A DNA stretch of 63,358 nucleotides, filler included, from an uncultured Methanosarcinales archaeon (GTDB taxonomy: Archaea; Nanobdellota; Nanobdellia; Woesearchaeales; JACPBV01): NCBI GenBank assembly GCA_964492935.1. It is 5 parts of 5 records of this genome, joined end to end, with 100 filler letters (N's around TTAATTAATTAA, not from the genome) between each part and the next. Parts side by side here need not be neighbours in the genome. Positions count along the whole stretch, not along the records: positions 17,897 to 34,567 come from CAZBLF010000028.1; positions 34,668 to 47,657 come from CAZBLF010000031.1; 3 more parts are not named here. One strand, given 5' to 3'. A model generated the notes under the pieces. The model did no database searches. It worked only from the letters and a program-made list of their open reading frames with translations, and was not told where the DNA came from. Position 1 is the first letter of the stretch. Every line of letters starts with the position of its first letter. This document shows positions 29,240 to 38,967 of the stretch, piece after piece. Both the position numbers and the translations under genes were made by a program.

Positions 29240-30186
29240 GTTCTACGATAGTTGTTCAGGAAAGTAAACCTGGAGTTGTTAGCTTTAAGCAGGTCGCAGG
29301 AAAACATAAATTAGATGATCTGTGGTTTATGGTGGGAAGTCGCTGTAATTTATCGTGTAAGCACTGTTATGTGGGGAGCAATCCAAAGAATGATAGCTTG
29401 CAGCAGATTACGCTTTCGGAAGTTATCCCTTTCTTGGATGAGGCTGCTGCTTATGGGGTGGAACAGATCTATTATACGGGTGGCGAGCCGTTTATCAATA
29501 CACAGATGCTAGATATTATTGATGCCTCTTTGAAGCGAGCGGATGTTACGATTTTGACGAATGCTACGTATCCGATTAGAAGGTTGTTGAAGGAGTTGCC
29601 TTCATATCGAGAGCGGCATGGACATTCGCTTTCGTTTAGAGTTTCCTTGGATCATTATGATGAGGCAAAGCATGATGCGATTCGTGGTGAAGGTATGTTT
29701 ACTCTGACGGTTGAGAATGTGTTGTCGCTTTCTGCAATGGGATTTAAGCCCATTATTACTTCAACTGCTGTGGTGTATGAGAATAATACATTAGGTGTTG
29801 ATGCGATTGAACAGAAGTTTAAGGATGTTTTTTCTGCTCATGGTGTTTCGGTTGAGGTTAAACTGTTACCTTATAACTTGGAGATGGGTACTAACTTGGA
29901 TAGAATTGAGATGCCGTCGAAGCATGTGTTGATAACTGAGGGATGTATGACGAAACCCGGTATAACCCAGGAGATGTTTCAATGTCATAATGGTCGGACC
30001 ATTGAAAAAATTGAGGGGAAGATGATGGCGCCTTTATTGGTGCTTGCTTTGTTGTCTTCCGGCAAAAGTCAGGCTTTTATTTCTTGGTTGACGGCTCGGA
30101 AAAGGGGTTTGAACTTGGTTGCTGGGCTGGTAATGCTGGGAATCTCAGTCTATTACTTGTTTTTTGTATTTAGGATTCTTGGATAG
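29236..30186 (+). CDS. Radical SAM protein with apparently chimeric hydrophobic C-terminus
   Basis: CNLSCKHC, TGGEPF, ILTNA, VSLDH; abrupt TM tail after ~30022. Confidence 0.85.
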   Translation: MSSTIVVQESKPGVVSFKQVAGKHKLDDLWFMVGSRCNLSCKHCYVGSNPKNDSLQQITLSEVIPFLDEAAAYGVEQIYYTGGEPFINTQMLDIIDASLKRADVTILTNATYPIRRLLKELPSYRERHGHSLSFRVSLDHYDEAKHDAIRGEGMFTLTVENVLSLSAMGFKPIITSTAVVYENNTLGVDAIEQKFKDVFSAHGVSVEVKLLPYNLEMGTNLDRIEMPSKHVLITEGCMTKPGITQEMFQCHNGRTIEKIEGKMMAPLLVLALLSSGKSQAFISWLTARKRGLNLVAGLVMLGISVYYLFFVFRILG

Positions 30187-30295
30187 GTAAGCTGGATGGG
30201 GAGATTTTGAGTCAATGAATTTATTAGTCAGCAGTAAAATGTATGCTCCTTTGATCGTTCTGATAAGATTTCGATATTTTTTCCCTTGATCTTGA

Positions 30296-31087
30296 TCAAG
30301 ATCTGAAAACCCCCCTTTCGAATTCTTGCTCCGAATCTGCTAGTGACGTTTGAATTATCTTGCTGTTTAGGATTCCTAATAAAGAAGGCTCCCACCCACC
30401 CAGTCTTTGCAATGGCATTGTTACTTTCACGCCGAAATCTTCATGGAGATCTGCCAAATCGTCCAGGATTGCCGCCCCTGCGAATAATGATTCCAGGAAG
30501 TTGCTATATCTGTCAAGGTCGTATTCTATTCTTGCGCTCAGGATCACCTTAGCGATCCCACCATAAGCACTCCCTATTTCTGCCCTCACATCTACTCCAG
30601 GGTTTGGAGATGTATCTTCTTGTGTAGCGGCATTAGTCAACCGGTCTATCCCTGATATGAATTCTTCCTTCCTCTGTGGAATCTGGTTGTAGATGTACTC
30701 GAATAACAGTGCTGCTGCCCTTACATCCTCTGAGTGACTCTCTGACAGTTTTTCTCGATTTCTGAGAGCTCCTACGATTTCATCTGTATGATAGGACTCC
30801 CTTCTCGTGATTGATCCCTCTGTCGTGTCATCAATAATTGCATTGCCAAGACAGAAGGCTGAAAATGCGAAATCAGCGGTGTTTGGCTCTCTCTTGATCC
30901 CCAGCGTATCAAGAATGATCGGCATAATAACTCCCCCTTTGCTCACCATCTCTCTCCTTTCCGCCTTTTCCGCGATGGTCGATTTGATATCTGGATCTGT
31001 ATGAGTCAGGATATTAGCTAGCTCCGCCTTCCATTTTGGACCGTACTCCTGGAATTGGCGATAGTAGAGATATGATGCTTTAATCAT
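30296..31087 (-). CDS. Class I isoprenoid synthase/prenyltransferase-like protein (possible 3' frameshift)
   Basis: IIDDTTE and ILDDLADLHED aspartate-rich motifs. Confidence 0.65.
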   Translation of the reverse strand: MIKASYLYYRQFQEYGPKWKAELANILTHTDPDIKSTIAEKAERREMVSKGGVIMPIILDTLGIKREPNTADFAFSAFCLGNAIIDDTTEGSITRRESYHTDEIVGALRNREKLSESHSEDVRAAALLFEYIYNQIPQRKEEFISGIDRLTNAATQEDTSPNPGVDVRAEIGSAYGGIAKVILSARIEYDLDRYSNFLESLFAGAAILDDLADLHEDFGVKVTMPLQRLGGWEPSLLGILNSKIIQTSLADSEQEFERGVFRS

Positions 31088-31293
31088 ACGTTCAGAAACG
31101 GATTTTCAGTTATAAAACCTGCTTATATTGTGAGCGGCATGTTCACTTCGTTTTTCGGATTTTGGGGTAAATTTATGCTTTTAGAGGGTAATAATAGAAG
31201 CATTTAAAAGTGGATATTGTTTCTCTCCACGTTATCAGGAGCATCTCAAGGGATGCTTCTAGTTAAAAAGTAAGTATATTGGAGGAATAGAAA

Positions 31294-31647
31294 ATGAAAG
31301 GAACAGTAAAGTTTTACAACGAAATGAAAGGATTTGGTTTTATTGCAGGAGAGGATGGCAAAGAATACTTTGTTCACCAGACTGGATTAGAACAGGGTGT
31401 GTCAATCACTGAAAATGATGAAGTTAACTTCACAGTTACAGAAGGCGACAGAGGACCTAAAGCAGTTAGCGTAACCAAAGGAGATGCACCAGCAGAAGAT
31501 GCAGGTCAGGAAGAAGAAGCTCCTATGGAAGACGAAGCTACCGAAGAAGAAGCTCCCGCTGAGGAAGAGGCTACTGAAGAAGAAGCCCCTGCCGAAGAGG
31601 AAGCTCCTGCTGAAGAACCTTCAGACGAAGAAGAAAAGACTGAGTAA
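31294..31647 (+). CDS. Cold-shock domain protein with acidic repeat tail
   Basis: KGTVKFYNEMKGFGFI, YFVH; EEEAPA/EEEAT repeats. Confidence 0.95.
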   Translation: MKGTVKFYNEMKGFGFIAGEDGKEYFVHQTGLEQGVSITENDEVNFTVTEGDRGPKAVSVTKGDAPAEDAGQEEEAPMEDEATEEEAPAEEEATEEEAPAEEEAPAEEPSDEEEKTE

Positions 31648-31691
31648 GTCTTTCTTTTTTTATTTTTTTTCTTAATTTTCTTTTAGAATTT

Positions 31692-32066
31692 TTACATGAA
31701 ATCTAATTCATCTGACCTAACTACAGTTTCTGTTGGTGTAAATGAGGATTTGTATTGCGTTTGCTTCTTCTTTTTTGGTTTTTCTTCTGTTTGTGGTGGA
31801 GGTGTTGTTATATCGGTTGCATTGGGATTGAGTTCTAGGCCTTTATTGAAATTGAGGTTGCCGCAATTCATACAGGTGAAGTAGGGTCCGAATTTTCCCT
31901 GTCTTAGGTCTAGATAATCTCCGCACATGCACTTGCAATCGTTTAATGTTGCTTCCTTGTGATTGGTGCAGACTGGAATTCCTTGCTTGCTTTGAGTAAT
32001 GGATTGTTTTCCGCAGAAAGGGCAGTGATTGACCTTGGATTGACCGTATTTTTTGGGAATGCGCAT
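31692..32066 (-). CDS. Zinc-finger hypothetical protein
   Basis: CPFC, C..H, CMC, GPYFTCMNC. Confidence 0.75.
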   Translation of the reverse strand: MRIPKKYGQSKVNHCPFCGKQSITQSKQGIPVCTNHKEATLNDCKCMCGDYLDLRQGKFGPYFTCMNCGNLNFNKGLELNPNATDITTPPPQTEEKPKKKKQTQYKSSFTPTETVVRSDELDFM

Positions 32067-32067
32067 G

Positions 32068-33828
32068 TTACTGAAGCTCTAGGGTGCTATTTATGGGTTG
32101 TGATTTGAAGATTGTTCGTAGCCAGGTAAAGAATTTCTTTAATGAGTTGGGTGTTGTTTCTGGAGTTTCTGGATCGGGTGCTTCAATCTTGATGGTAGTA
32201 GCTGCTTGTTGTTGATCTGCGAGTGTTGTTACCGGTACAATTGCATCTGTTACTTGTAGTGTATCGCTTCGCTTAAGGATGGTGAGTGCATCATCGATCT
32301 TGGTGCTGAGTGTGGTTTTGAATTCTATTTCGTTCTTGTCGTAGTCTTCGGGAACGGTGAGGGAGTAGGTGTAGACTTGTAGTTCCTGATTCGGTTGGAG
32401 TGTTTCGATGAGCGTTGTTACCTCTCCTTCTAAGGAAGGTCTTATTTCTTTTGGGAAATTATCGAAAAGGTCGACGTTGGTTATTTCTTTATTGAGTTTG
32501 TTTTTGATACTTACTTGCACTTGTACGGTGTCTCCTCGTTTTAATTTTTCTTTGTTGAATGTTCTGAATATTTGGATGACTTGAGGGGTTGGTATGATCT
32601 TGGTGGTCGCTGTTTGCTTGAATGATTTGTTCTTGCCGGAAGCGGTGGCATAGTAGCCGGTTAAGGTGGTGGTGTATGTTTGCTCGGCGTCTAGATAGGG
32701 TGCGGTGAGTTTTTTGTTGAAGATGGTGTAGGTAGCTTTTGCTTCTATCTTCTTGTTGCGCACCATCGAATCGATGAGATCGCTTTTGACATTCATTTGG
32801 ATTGATTCTATTGCATCTTTTCCTGCGTTCTTTGTTGCGATGTAGAAGTCATACTGAGTATTTGCCTTAATTTCTGAGGGAATCTCGATGATGGGGATGA
32901 TATCTGAGAGTCCGATGCTGATTTCTTTTTCTAGGTGTTTGGTGAACGTGCTTAGGAGTTGGGCATCTAGCGTAATGCTCATGGTGCCTACTTTTGAGGA
33001 TGCTAATTGGATGATGAAGGTTTGGCGCTCGTTCTCTTCTAGTGAGCCGGCGTAGGTTAACGTGTTGCCGTCTTGCTTTAGCGTACGAGGAGCATTCTTG
33101 ATGTCCATTTTTGCAGGGATGATGATTTTTAGGGTGTTGATGTCTAGTTTTGTTTCACCTTTATTGATGAGGGTGACGTTATAGAATATGCGTTCGTTCT
33201 TTTCTGCGCTTTCTACGAGGGAATGGGTTAGAGTAAATGGCTCTTGTACTTCGATGAGGATTGTTTTGGATGATTTTGTCTTCTTTTTTCCATCGAAGTC
33301 GTAGGAGATGCTGGCTTGGGAATTGATTTTTTCTATTGCGAGTGGCGTAACGGTATAGGTGATTATTTTTTCCTCTCCGGGATTGAGGTTTCCTTGCCAA
33401 TCTGATGAAGTTTTCTTGAACTTTGAGGTGTAAGGGTCTTCGTATACTACGTTTGATGCTCTTTTATCACCGTTGTTGGTTATGGTTGCTATGATGTCGA
33501 TTTCTTCGTTAAGCAATGGCTTTTTTGTTGAGAAATCTCTTTCTATTTCTATATCTGGTGCTAGGGAATTAATTAATAACTTTACTTGCACGAGATTTGC
33601 TTCGATGAAACAGTATTCTATGTCTTCTCTCTTTTCGCACTCGTCTATGTCTAGGAGTCCTCCTAGACCGTCCATTTTCATGACGAGTTTTTCTTTGGAA
33701 TCGATGTATTGTACCGAGAATTCGTGGTCGGCTAGCGTGAAGGTTGAGGGATGGTCGACCCAGTCGTCTAGAAGGGTTTCTGCGGATACTGCAGGTAGGA
33801 GGAGAAGTAGGATGAGTAGCTTTTTCAT
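32068..33828 (-). CDS. Secreted multi-Ig-like surface protein (BatD/DUF11-like)
   Basis: Signal peptide; repeated TITNNG and LNPGEE beta-sandwich motifs. Confidence 0.75.
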   Translation of the reverse strand: MKKLLILLLLLPAVSAETLLDDWVDHPSTFTLADHEFSVQYIDSKEKLVMKMDGLGGLLDIDECEKREDIEYCFIEANLVQVKLLINSLAPDIEIERDFSTKKPLLNEEIDIIATITNNGDKRASNVVYEDPYTSKFKKTSSDWQGNLNPGEEKIITYTVTPLAIEKINSQASISYDFDGKKKTKSSKTILIEVQEPFTLTHSLVESAEKNERIFYNVTLINKGETKLDINTLKIIIPAKMDIKNAPRTLKQDGNTLTYAGSLEENERQTFIIQLASSKVGTMSITLDAQLLSTFTKHLEKEISIGLSDIIPIIEIPSEIKANTQYDFYIATKNAGKDAIESIQMNVKSDLIDSMVRNKKIEAKATYTIFNKKLTAPYLDAEQTYTTTLTGYYATASGKNKSFKQTATTKIIPTPQVIQIFRTFNKEKLKRGDTVQVQVSIKNKLNKEITNVDLFDNFPKEIRPSLEGEVTTLIETLQPNQELQVYTYSLTVPEDYDKNEIEFKTTLSTKIDDALTILKRSDTLQVTDAIVPVTTLADQQQAATTIKIEAPDPETPETTPNSLKKFFTWLRTIFKSQPINSTLELQ

Positions 33829-33897
33829 ACTCTGTATATGGGTTTTGTCTTATATAAAGGTAGCGGGATTTTTATAGGTACCTGGGTTCTTGAGTTG

Positions 33898-34368
33898 ATG
33901 GAATCACTTGAAGAAAAAGTAGATGTGGGTGTAGCTCGCAGATCGGCTGATTTTAGTAAGAGAAATATCATTAGATGCTATAGATTTTTCAAACGAAATG
34001 TTGATTATTTGCTTTCCGATGGTTTCGCAATGGGTGCAGGATGGAGTGCTGGTGGTTTGACTACTTTTGCGATGGATTATGTCGATGCCCCTGACTGGCA
34101 GAATGCTATTTTGACTTCGGCTGTTAAATCTGGAGTTTTTATTATTGCTAAAGTGAGTAGTCAGCGAGATGAGAAAAAGAAGGTGCTTCAATCCTCGATC
34201 GAATCTACTGTAGGTAAATCGTTAGCTGATGCATTCGTGCATTATACAGTTAAGAGTGCTACGGATCTTGGCCCTACTGCGTCTTTTGTCTCTGCTTATC
34301 TCTCCACCGGGCTTTTGGCAACCGGTTATCGCTATATTAGAGATTATCGTAATGGTGTGATGAAGTAG
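33898..34368 (+). CDS. Hypothetical membrane protein
   Basis: ORF with hydrophobic segments. Confidence 0.6.
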   Translation: MESLEEKVDVGVARRSADFSKRNIIRCYRFFKRNVDYLLSDGFAMGAGWSAGGLTTFAMDYVDAPDWQNAILTSAVKSGVFIIAKVSSQRDEKKKVLQSSIESTVGKSLADAFVHYTVKSATDLGPTASFVSAYLSTGLLATGYRYIRDYRNGVMK

Positions 34369-34403
34369 ATAGATATTTATAGTTTGATTTCTTAGTTGAG
34401 TGT

Positions 34404-34567
34404 ATGGATGCTACTTGGGTTGGCTCGATCGGGGTTGGATTATTGTTATTGGCGTTCTTTATGCACCTGTTTAGTTTCTGGAATCGAGAGGATAAACGAT
34501 ATATTGTACTGAATGTTGTGGGTGCTGGATTGGCCGGGTATGCTTCGTATTCTATTGGTTTTATGCC
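34404..34567 (+). CDS. Small membrane protein (CBU_0592-like), truncated
   Basis: GSIGVGLLLLAF..Y..LNVVGA. Confidence 0.65.
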
Positions 34568-34667
34568 NNNNNNNNNNNNNNNNNNNNNNNNNNNNNNNNN
34601 NNNNNNNNNNNTTAATTAATTAANNNNNNNNNNNNNNNNNNNNNNNNNNNNNNNNNNNNNNNNNNNN
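34568..34667. other. Artificial contig linker
   Basis: N-TTAATTAATTAA-N. Confidence 0.98.
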
Positions 34668-34827
34668 ACGCATCCAGAGAATTGTCTACCGCTTCCTTGA
34701 TGGTAGTAAGAAGAGACTTCCTCTTGTTATCGAAACCCAACAAATGCCGGTTTCTCTCGAAAAACTGAGAAATACTGATATCCCTCTGCTGTTCCGCCAT
34801 CGAATGCGCGATAGGTTTTTTTGCCAT
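34668..34827 (-). CDS. top6B: DNA topoisomerase VI subunit B, N-terminal fragment
   Basis: [16 protein letters not shown]...[10 protein letters not shown]. Confidence 0.93.
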
Positions 34828-34948
34828 CAAAATTCTCGAAACTAATCTTCTTTATAAATCTAAGTATTCGGACAAAATTGCTTATAAATAAATCATAAAC
34901 AATTAACTACACCAAAAGAAACCTCTACCGTCGATAAAAATACAAAAA

Positions 34949-35518
34949 CTACTCCTTAAACTCTTCCTTCAAATCAACGCCCATTAATTGTTGTCTTTTC
35001 AAGTCTCGTCTTTTGCGCTCCAACATCTTAAACACATTCGCATGTGGGCTTCCGGAAAGCAACATATCGACGGCAGCGCGTGCCACAGGAACGAATTCTG
35101 CTAACCCTACAATGCCCACCGTCTTGCCATACACAACAACATACGTCTCCGTTAATTCCTCAATCAACTGTCTACTTTTACCTTCACGACCAATCACTCG
35201 ACCACGAATTCTCTTCAGATGATCTTTAGACTTTCCAACATAGTCAGCCATGTTAACCGTATCATACACATAATCCGGTTTCAATAAGTTTAATGCAACA
35301 TCTGGGTTAAACCCTCGCCCGATTGCAGTAACAACCTCGCGAGCAGCATATAAACCAAGAGCGTCTTTTCCAGTAAGCGTAATTTCACCCTCTTTACTAT
35401 CGATATCTACTTTGGTTTTAGTATTCTTCTCAATATGATCTTTAGTAACTCCTTCCTTACCAATAATAACTGCAATCCGGTCTTTCGGTACCCGCAATTC
35501 ATACATGAATTCTTCCAT
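34949..35518 (-). CDS. KH-domain ribosome biogenesis protein (Dim2/Pno1-like)
   Basis: IIGKEG, AIGRGF, GRVIGREG; rio1-KH-top6B cluster. Confidence 0.9.
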   Translation of the reverse strand: MEEFMYELRVPKDRIAVIIGKEGVTKDHIEKNTKTKVDIDSKEGEITLTGKDALGLYAAREVVTAIGRGFNPDVALNLLKPDYVYDTVNMADYVGKSKDHLKRIRGRVIGREGKSRQLIEELTETYVVVYGKTVGIVGLAEFVPVARAAVDMLLSGSPHANVFKMLERKRRDLKRQQLMGVDLKEEFKE

Positions 35519-35549
35519 ATCAATCGTAACTCGTATAATGTTTAAAAGC

Positions 35550-36263
35550 CTACGTCTTTTTACCAGTTATTTTCTTCAGTACCTTTTTCTCATCGACATT
35601 TAAACCAATCTTAGTAAAATACTGACACACATTGTGAATATCTCTCACCAAAAACTCATGAAAACGCTGGTGTTTAGAAGTAATAGTCTGCGATAAATCA
35701 ATAAAAACAGGATCCTCATCGTATAAAATATTAAAGGCAGACAAATCCGCATGCACCATCTCCGCATCGTACAACTTTTTTATATTATCGACAACCGAAT
35801 CAAAAAAAGCTTTTTTCTTCGGAGGAACCACCGAAACCAAGCGCGGAGCAACGTCTATATCTCCCCCAATATAATCCATCACCAAAACATTCTTGTTAAA
35901 CGTAAGAGGTGTCGGCACCGTAACGCCTGCATCCCGGGCCTTCAACAAGTTACGATACTCACGCTGCACCCAATGAAAAATAACCTTCCTTTTTTTACCC
36001 TTCAATAAAGCATAGCGAGGATCCTCCCTCAAATAATCATACATCTTGTTGAAATCCGATGTTTCCAAACGATAAATCTTCACAGCCACCCGCGTACCAT
36101 CTGATCGCAGTGCTGAAAACACATTCGCCTCCTTACCCAATGCTATAGCACTTTCTATACCCTCAAAATAGCCCTGGCGAATCAATTTGTGTAAAATATT
36201 ATTCGTAAATCTATCAAAAACAGCATGTTCAGTCTTGAACTTCTCCTTCGGATAATGAGGCAT
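35550..36263 (-). CDS. rio1: RIO1 serine/threonine kinase
   Basis: GKEANVF, AVKIYR, VHADLSAFNIL, IDLSQ. Confidence 0.93.
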   Translation of the reverse strand: MPHYPKEKFKTEHAVFDRFTNNILHKLIRQGYFEGIESAIALGKEANVFSALRSDGTRVAVKIYRLETSDFNKMYDYLREDPRYALLKGKKRKVIFHWVQREYRNLLKARDAGVTVPTPLTFNKNVLVMDYIGGDIDVAPRLVSVVPPKKKAFFDSVVDNIKKLYDAEMVHADLSAFNILYDEDPVFIDLSQTITSKHQRFHEFLVRDIHNVCQYFTKIGLNVDEKKVLKKITGKKT

Positions 36264-36332
36264 ACAACAGCAGAAGAAAACTGGTTATATAAATGTTGTG
36301 AGGGCAGCTTCATAATCAAAGAAAAAAGAATT

Positions 36333-36947
36333 TCACTTTTTACCAAAAAAATTCCTAATGTCTGATGTAAGCCATCCAGCAGAAATTACTAACCCCATAA
36401 GAAGAAGAAGATTAACATAGGACAAAATCAAATTAAGAGCAGTTGCGAATGGGCTCCATGAAATTAGATTTTTATTATAATTTACAGGTATGATTCCATC
36501 TACAGGTAGAATCTCATAGGTCAAATCAGTAACAGGCGAGGGTCCTCCAGAAAGCGCACCCAACCCACCTAGTGCCGACAAAGGCGACAGAAGAATAGTA
36601 AGTAGTCCTACCACAACTGCCAAACTAACTAAACCTGAAAGAAAGAATTTATGTTTCCACCATTTTGAGAAGAAAAACAAAAACCCAAACATGCCAATTA
36701 TCGCCGCGATCCACCCTGCGACTAAATCAAGAGTATTTAGGGGAGCATGATAGTTATCAGTAGCAACCTGATAAAGAGAACATCGATTGTATAATGAAAA
36801 AGAATCCTCGTTTCCTATGCCCTCAACTTCATTAATCGAAGTAATCCCGCAATGAACCATCTGTTGACCAAAGAAGAAATACCAGAAAAGGAAAAGGAAT
36901 GCAAATAATGGAATTTTCTGGTTGAATCTATCCTTAAAATCAGTCAT
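36333..36947 (-). CDS. Hypothetical multi-TM protein
   Basis: About 4 hydrophobic segments; start at MTDFKD. Confidence 0.65.
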   Translation of the reverse strand: MTDFKDRFNQKIPLFAFLFLFWYFFFGQQMVHCGITSINEVEGIGNEDSFSLYNRCSLYQVATDNYHAPLNTLDLVAGWIAAIIGMFGFLFFFSKWWKHKFFLSGLVSLAVVVGLLTILLSPLSALGGLGALSGGPSPVTDLTYEILPVDGIIPVNYNKNLISWSPFATALNLILSYVNLLLLMGLVISAGWLTSDIRNFFGKK

Positions 36948-37044
36948 AATGTAATTAAGAAGACATGTTATATAAAAGTTTCCAATATACCACTTAACAG
37001 TGATAAATAATACAAACATTTATATAGTACTTCGTCTAAGTAAT

Positions 37045-37200
37045 ATCTACAGGGTACGAAATGTCCCCTGTGTATGACTAGCTCATGCACAAAACACCTC
37101 TTTCCCAGAAACATCCCTGCAAGGGGAGATTTTTGGGTATTATTGAGGGATTAAAGCTCAAATTCACCCCTTTTTGACTAAAAAGGAACATTAAGGAGCC
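37045..37200 (+). ncRNA. Candidate structured ncRNA
   Basis: TTTATATA at ~37019; consecutive hairpins including TCCCT-GCAA-GGGGA (GNRA) and TGTGTATGA/TCATGCACA. Confidence 0.4.
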
Positions 37201-37301
37201 CTTTGCTACGTCAAATCAAAAAAGCCTCTTTAAACAAAAAAAGATAGGTTTATATAACACAATAACATCCTAAAACCAGATGAAACGCAAGTTTTATCGA
37301 T

Positions 37302-37373
37302 GCCCGACACGAGAGTACTCAATGGAGCTTACGCTAAACGCAAGCAATGAGCTTGGGAGTTAGTGTCTCGGGC
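37302..37373 (+). other. Long hairpin in dnaG leader or separate small RNA
   Basis: GCCCGACAC...GTGTCTCGGGC with inner ACTC/GAGT and GCTT/AAGC; TTTATATA at ~37249. Confidence 0.4.
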
Positions 37374-37530
37374 TACATTTACTATTACAAGCATAAAAAC
37401 CACAGAAGAGCAAGATTAGAACGCCAAATCATTTAACATTCACTAAAATTCATCAAATAGCAAAAAGAAGCCTTATTGGCTCAGATAGAGTGGCCGTCTA
37501 GTCTCGTTCTAACAGTGTGGTGGAGGAAAA

Positions 37531-38775
37531 ATGGGAAAAATTAGTCCAGTATCATCAAAATACATAGTCCATGCATCTATTGACATCGAAGGAGTCGTAG
37601 ACAGACCTGATGTCATCGGAGCAATCTTTGGACAAACAGAAGGGTTACTGGGAAGTGACCTTGAATTAAGAGAACTGCAAAGATCAGGAAGAATCGGAAG
37701 AATCGAGGTTAATGTAGATACCAGAAACGGTAAAACTACAGGATCAATCATCATTCCATCATCCCTGGACAAAGCAGAAACCTCTATTGTAGGAGCATCT
37801 CTCGAGATTATCCAAAGAATCGGACCCTGCAATTCTAAGATTAAAGTACATAAGATCGAAGATGTACGTATATCCAAACGAGAATTCGTTGTAGGACGTG
37901 CAAAAGAACTTCTAAGACATATGATCGACACCGTAGTTCCAGACTCACAAGAACTTGCTGACGAAGTAGCATATTCCGTAAGAGTCATGGAAATCCAAGA
38001 GTATGGAAGTGAAAGACTTCCTGCTGGACCGGGAATTGACGAAAGCGAAGAAATTCTAGTAGTAGAAGGACGCGCAGACGTCTTAAATCTGTTAAAACAC
38101 GGATTCAAGAACGCGATCGCCATGAATGGTACCTCCGTGCCCAAAACAATTATCGAACTTACGAAAAAGAAAGTCGTAACTGCTTTTGTTGATGGAGATC
38201 GTGGTGGAAAACTGATTTTAAGAGACCTTACCACAGTAGGTGAAGTCGACTTCGTTGCCATCGCTCCTGATGGAAAAGAGGTAGAAGAAATCACCAAGAA
38301 GGAAATCCACAAAGCTATCCGTGGTAAAGTTTCAGCAGAACAAATGAAGATGGAACTCAAGAAAAGTGTGGATAGAATTGAAAAGCCTCGCTTCAGTGAT
38401 AAACGTAGAGCTGCACCCGCTAGAGCACCCGTCAGGGCTGCTGCAACACGAACCGCTGCACCTGCAAGAACTGCACCCGCAAATGCTAAGGAAAAAACAG
38501 CATTCAAGGGGATGCTAGAAAATCTAGTCGGAACTCGTGGAGCGCACATCATTGACGATAAGCTAAACATTCTTGGCAAAGTTCCTCTGTCGGAACTTCA
38601 AACCACGCTAAAATCTCTTTCATCTGGAGTACATGCAATCGTATTCGATGGAAGCATTGAAGCTGACGTGGTGAAGGCTGCTGAACAATCAAATGTGAAG
38701 TTCCTTGTCGGAATGGATACCAAAGTCAAACCAACCGAAACAAGAATTAGTTTACTAACCGCATCCGAGCTCTAA
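37531..38775 (+). CDS. dnaG: Archaeal DnaG-type primase/exosome-associated protein
   Basis: GVVDRPDVIGAIFGQTEGLLG, VEGRADV, DGDRGG (TOPRIM). Confidence 0.97.
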   Translation: MGKISPVSSKYIVHASIDIEGVVDRPDVIGAIFGQTEGLLGSDLELRELQRSGRIGRIEVNVDTRNGKTTGSIIIPSSLDKAETSIVGASLEIIQRIGPCNSKIKVHKIEDVRISKREFVVGRAKELLRHMIDTVVPDSQELADEVAYSVRVMEIQEYGSERLPAGPGIDESEEILVVEGRADVLNLLKHGFKNAIAMNGTSVPKTIIELTKKKVVTAFVDGDRGGKLILRDLTTVGEVDFVAIAPDGKEVEEITKKEIHKAIRGKVSAEQMKMELKKSVDRIEKPRFSDKRRAAPARAPVRAAATRTAAPARTAPANAKEKTAFKGMLENLVGTRGAHIIDDKLNILGKVPLSELQTTLKSLSSGVHAIVFDGSIEADVVKAAEQSNVKFLVGMDTKVKPTETRISLLTASEL

Positions 38776-38803
38776 ACTCGGCTCTTTTCTTTTTCTTTCA
38801 TTT

Positions 38804-38921
38804 GAATTAAGCATTTTGAAGTCGAAATCTATCAGGAATATATCTAGCTCGTCGTTGGGGTGGTGCCATCCGGGCCACAGAGCCCCCTAGAATGAGGTAG
38901 GATTTCGAAGATGCCTAATTC
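38804..38921 (-). repeat. Dispersed structured element, copy C (inverted)
   Basis: Reverse complement: GAATTAGGCAT-CTTCGAAATCC-14nt-GGGCTC-TGT-[GGCCCGGATGGCACCACCCCA]-ACG-AC-GAGCT-15nt-AGATTTCGA-CTTCAAA-ATGCTTAATTC. Confidence 0.82.
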
Positions 38922-38967
38922 TTTCATTTTTCAATAGTTTAATAAAGGTAATAATCAAAAACAGAGT

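Noticed and set aside
37509..38579. 356-aa antisense ORF and many similar shadow ORFs (e.g. 44797-45561, 3027-3482)
   Set aside because: They are antisense to, or overlap, well-supported genes.
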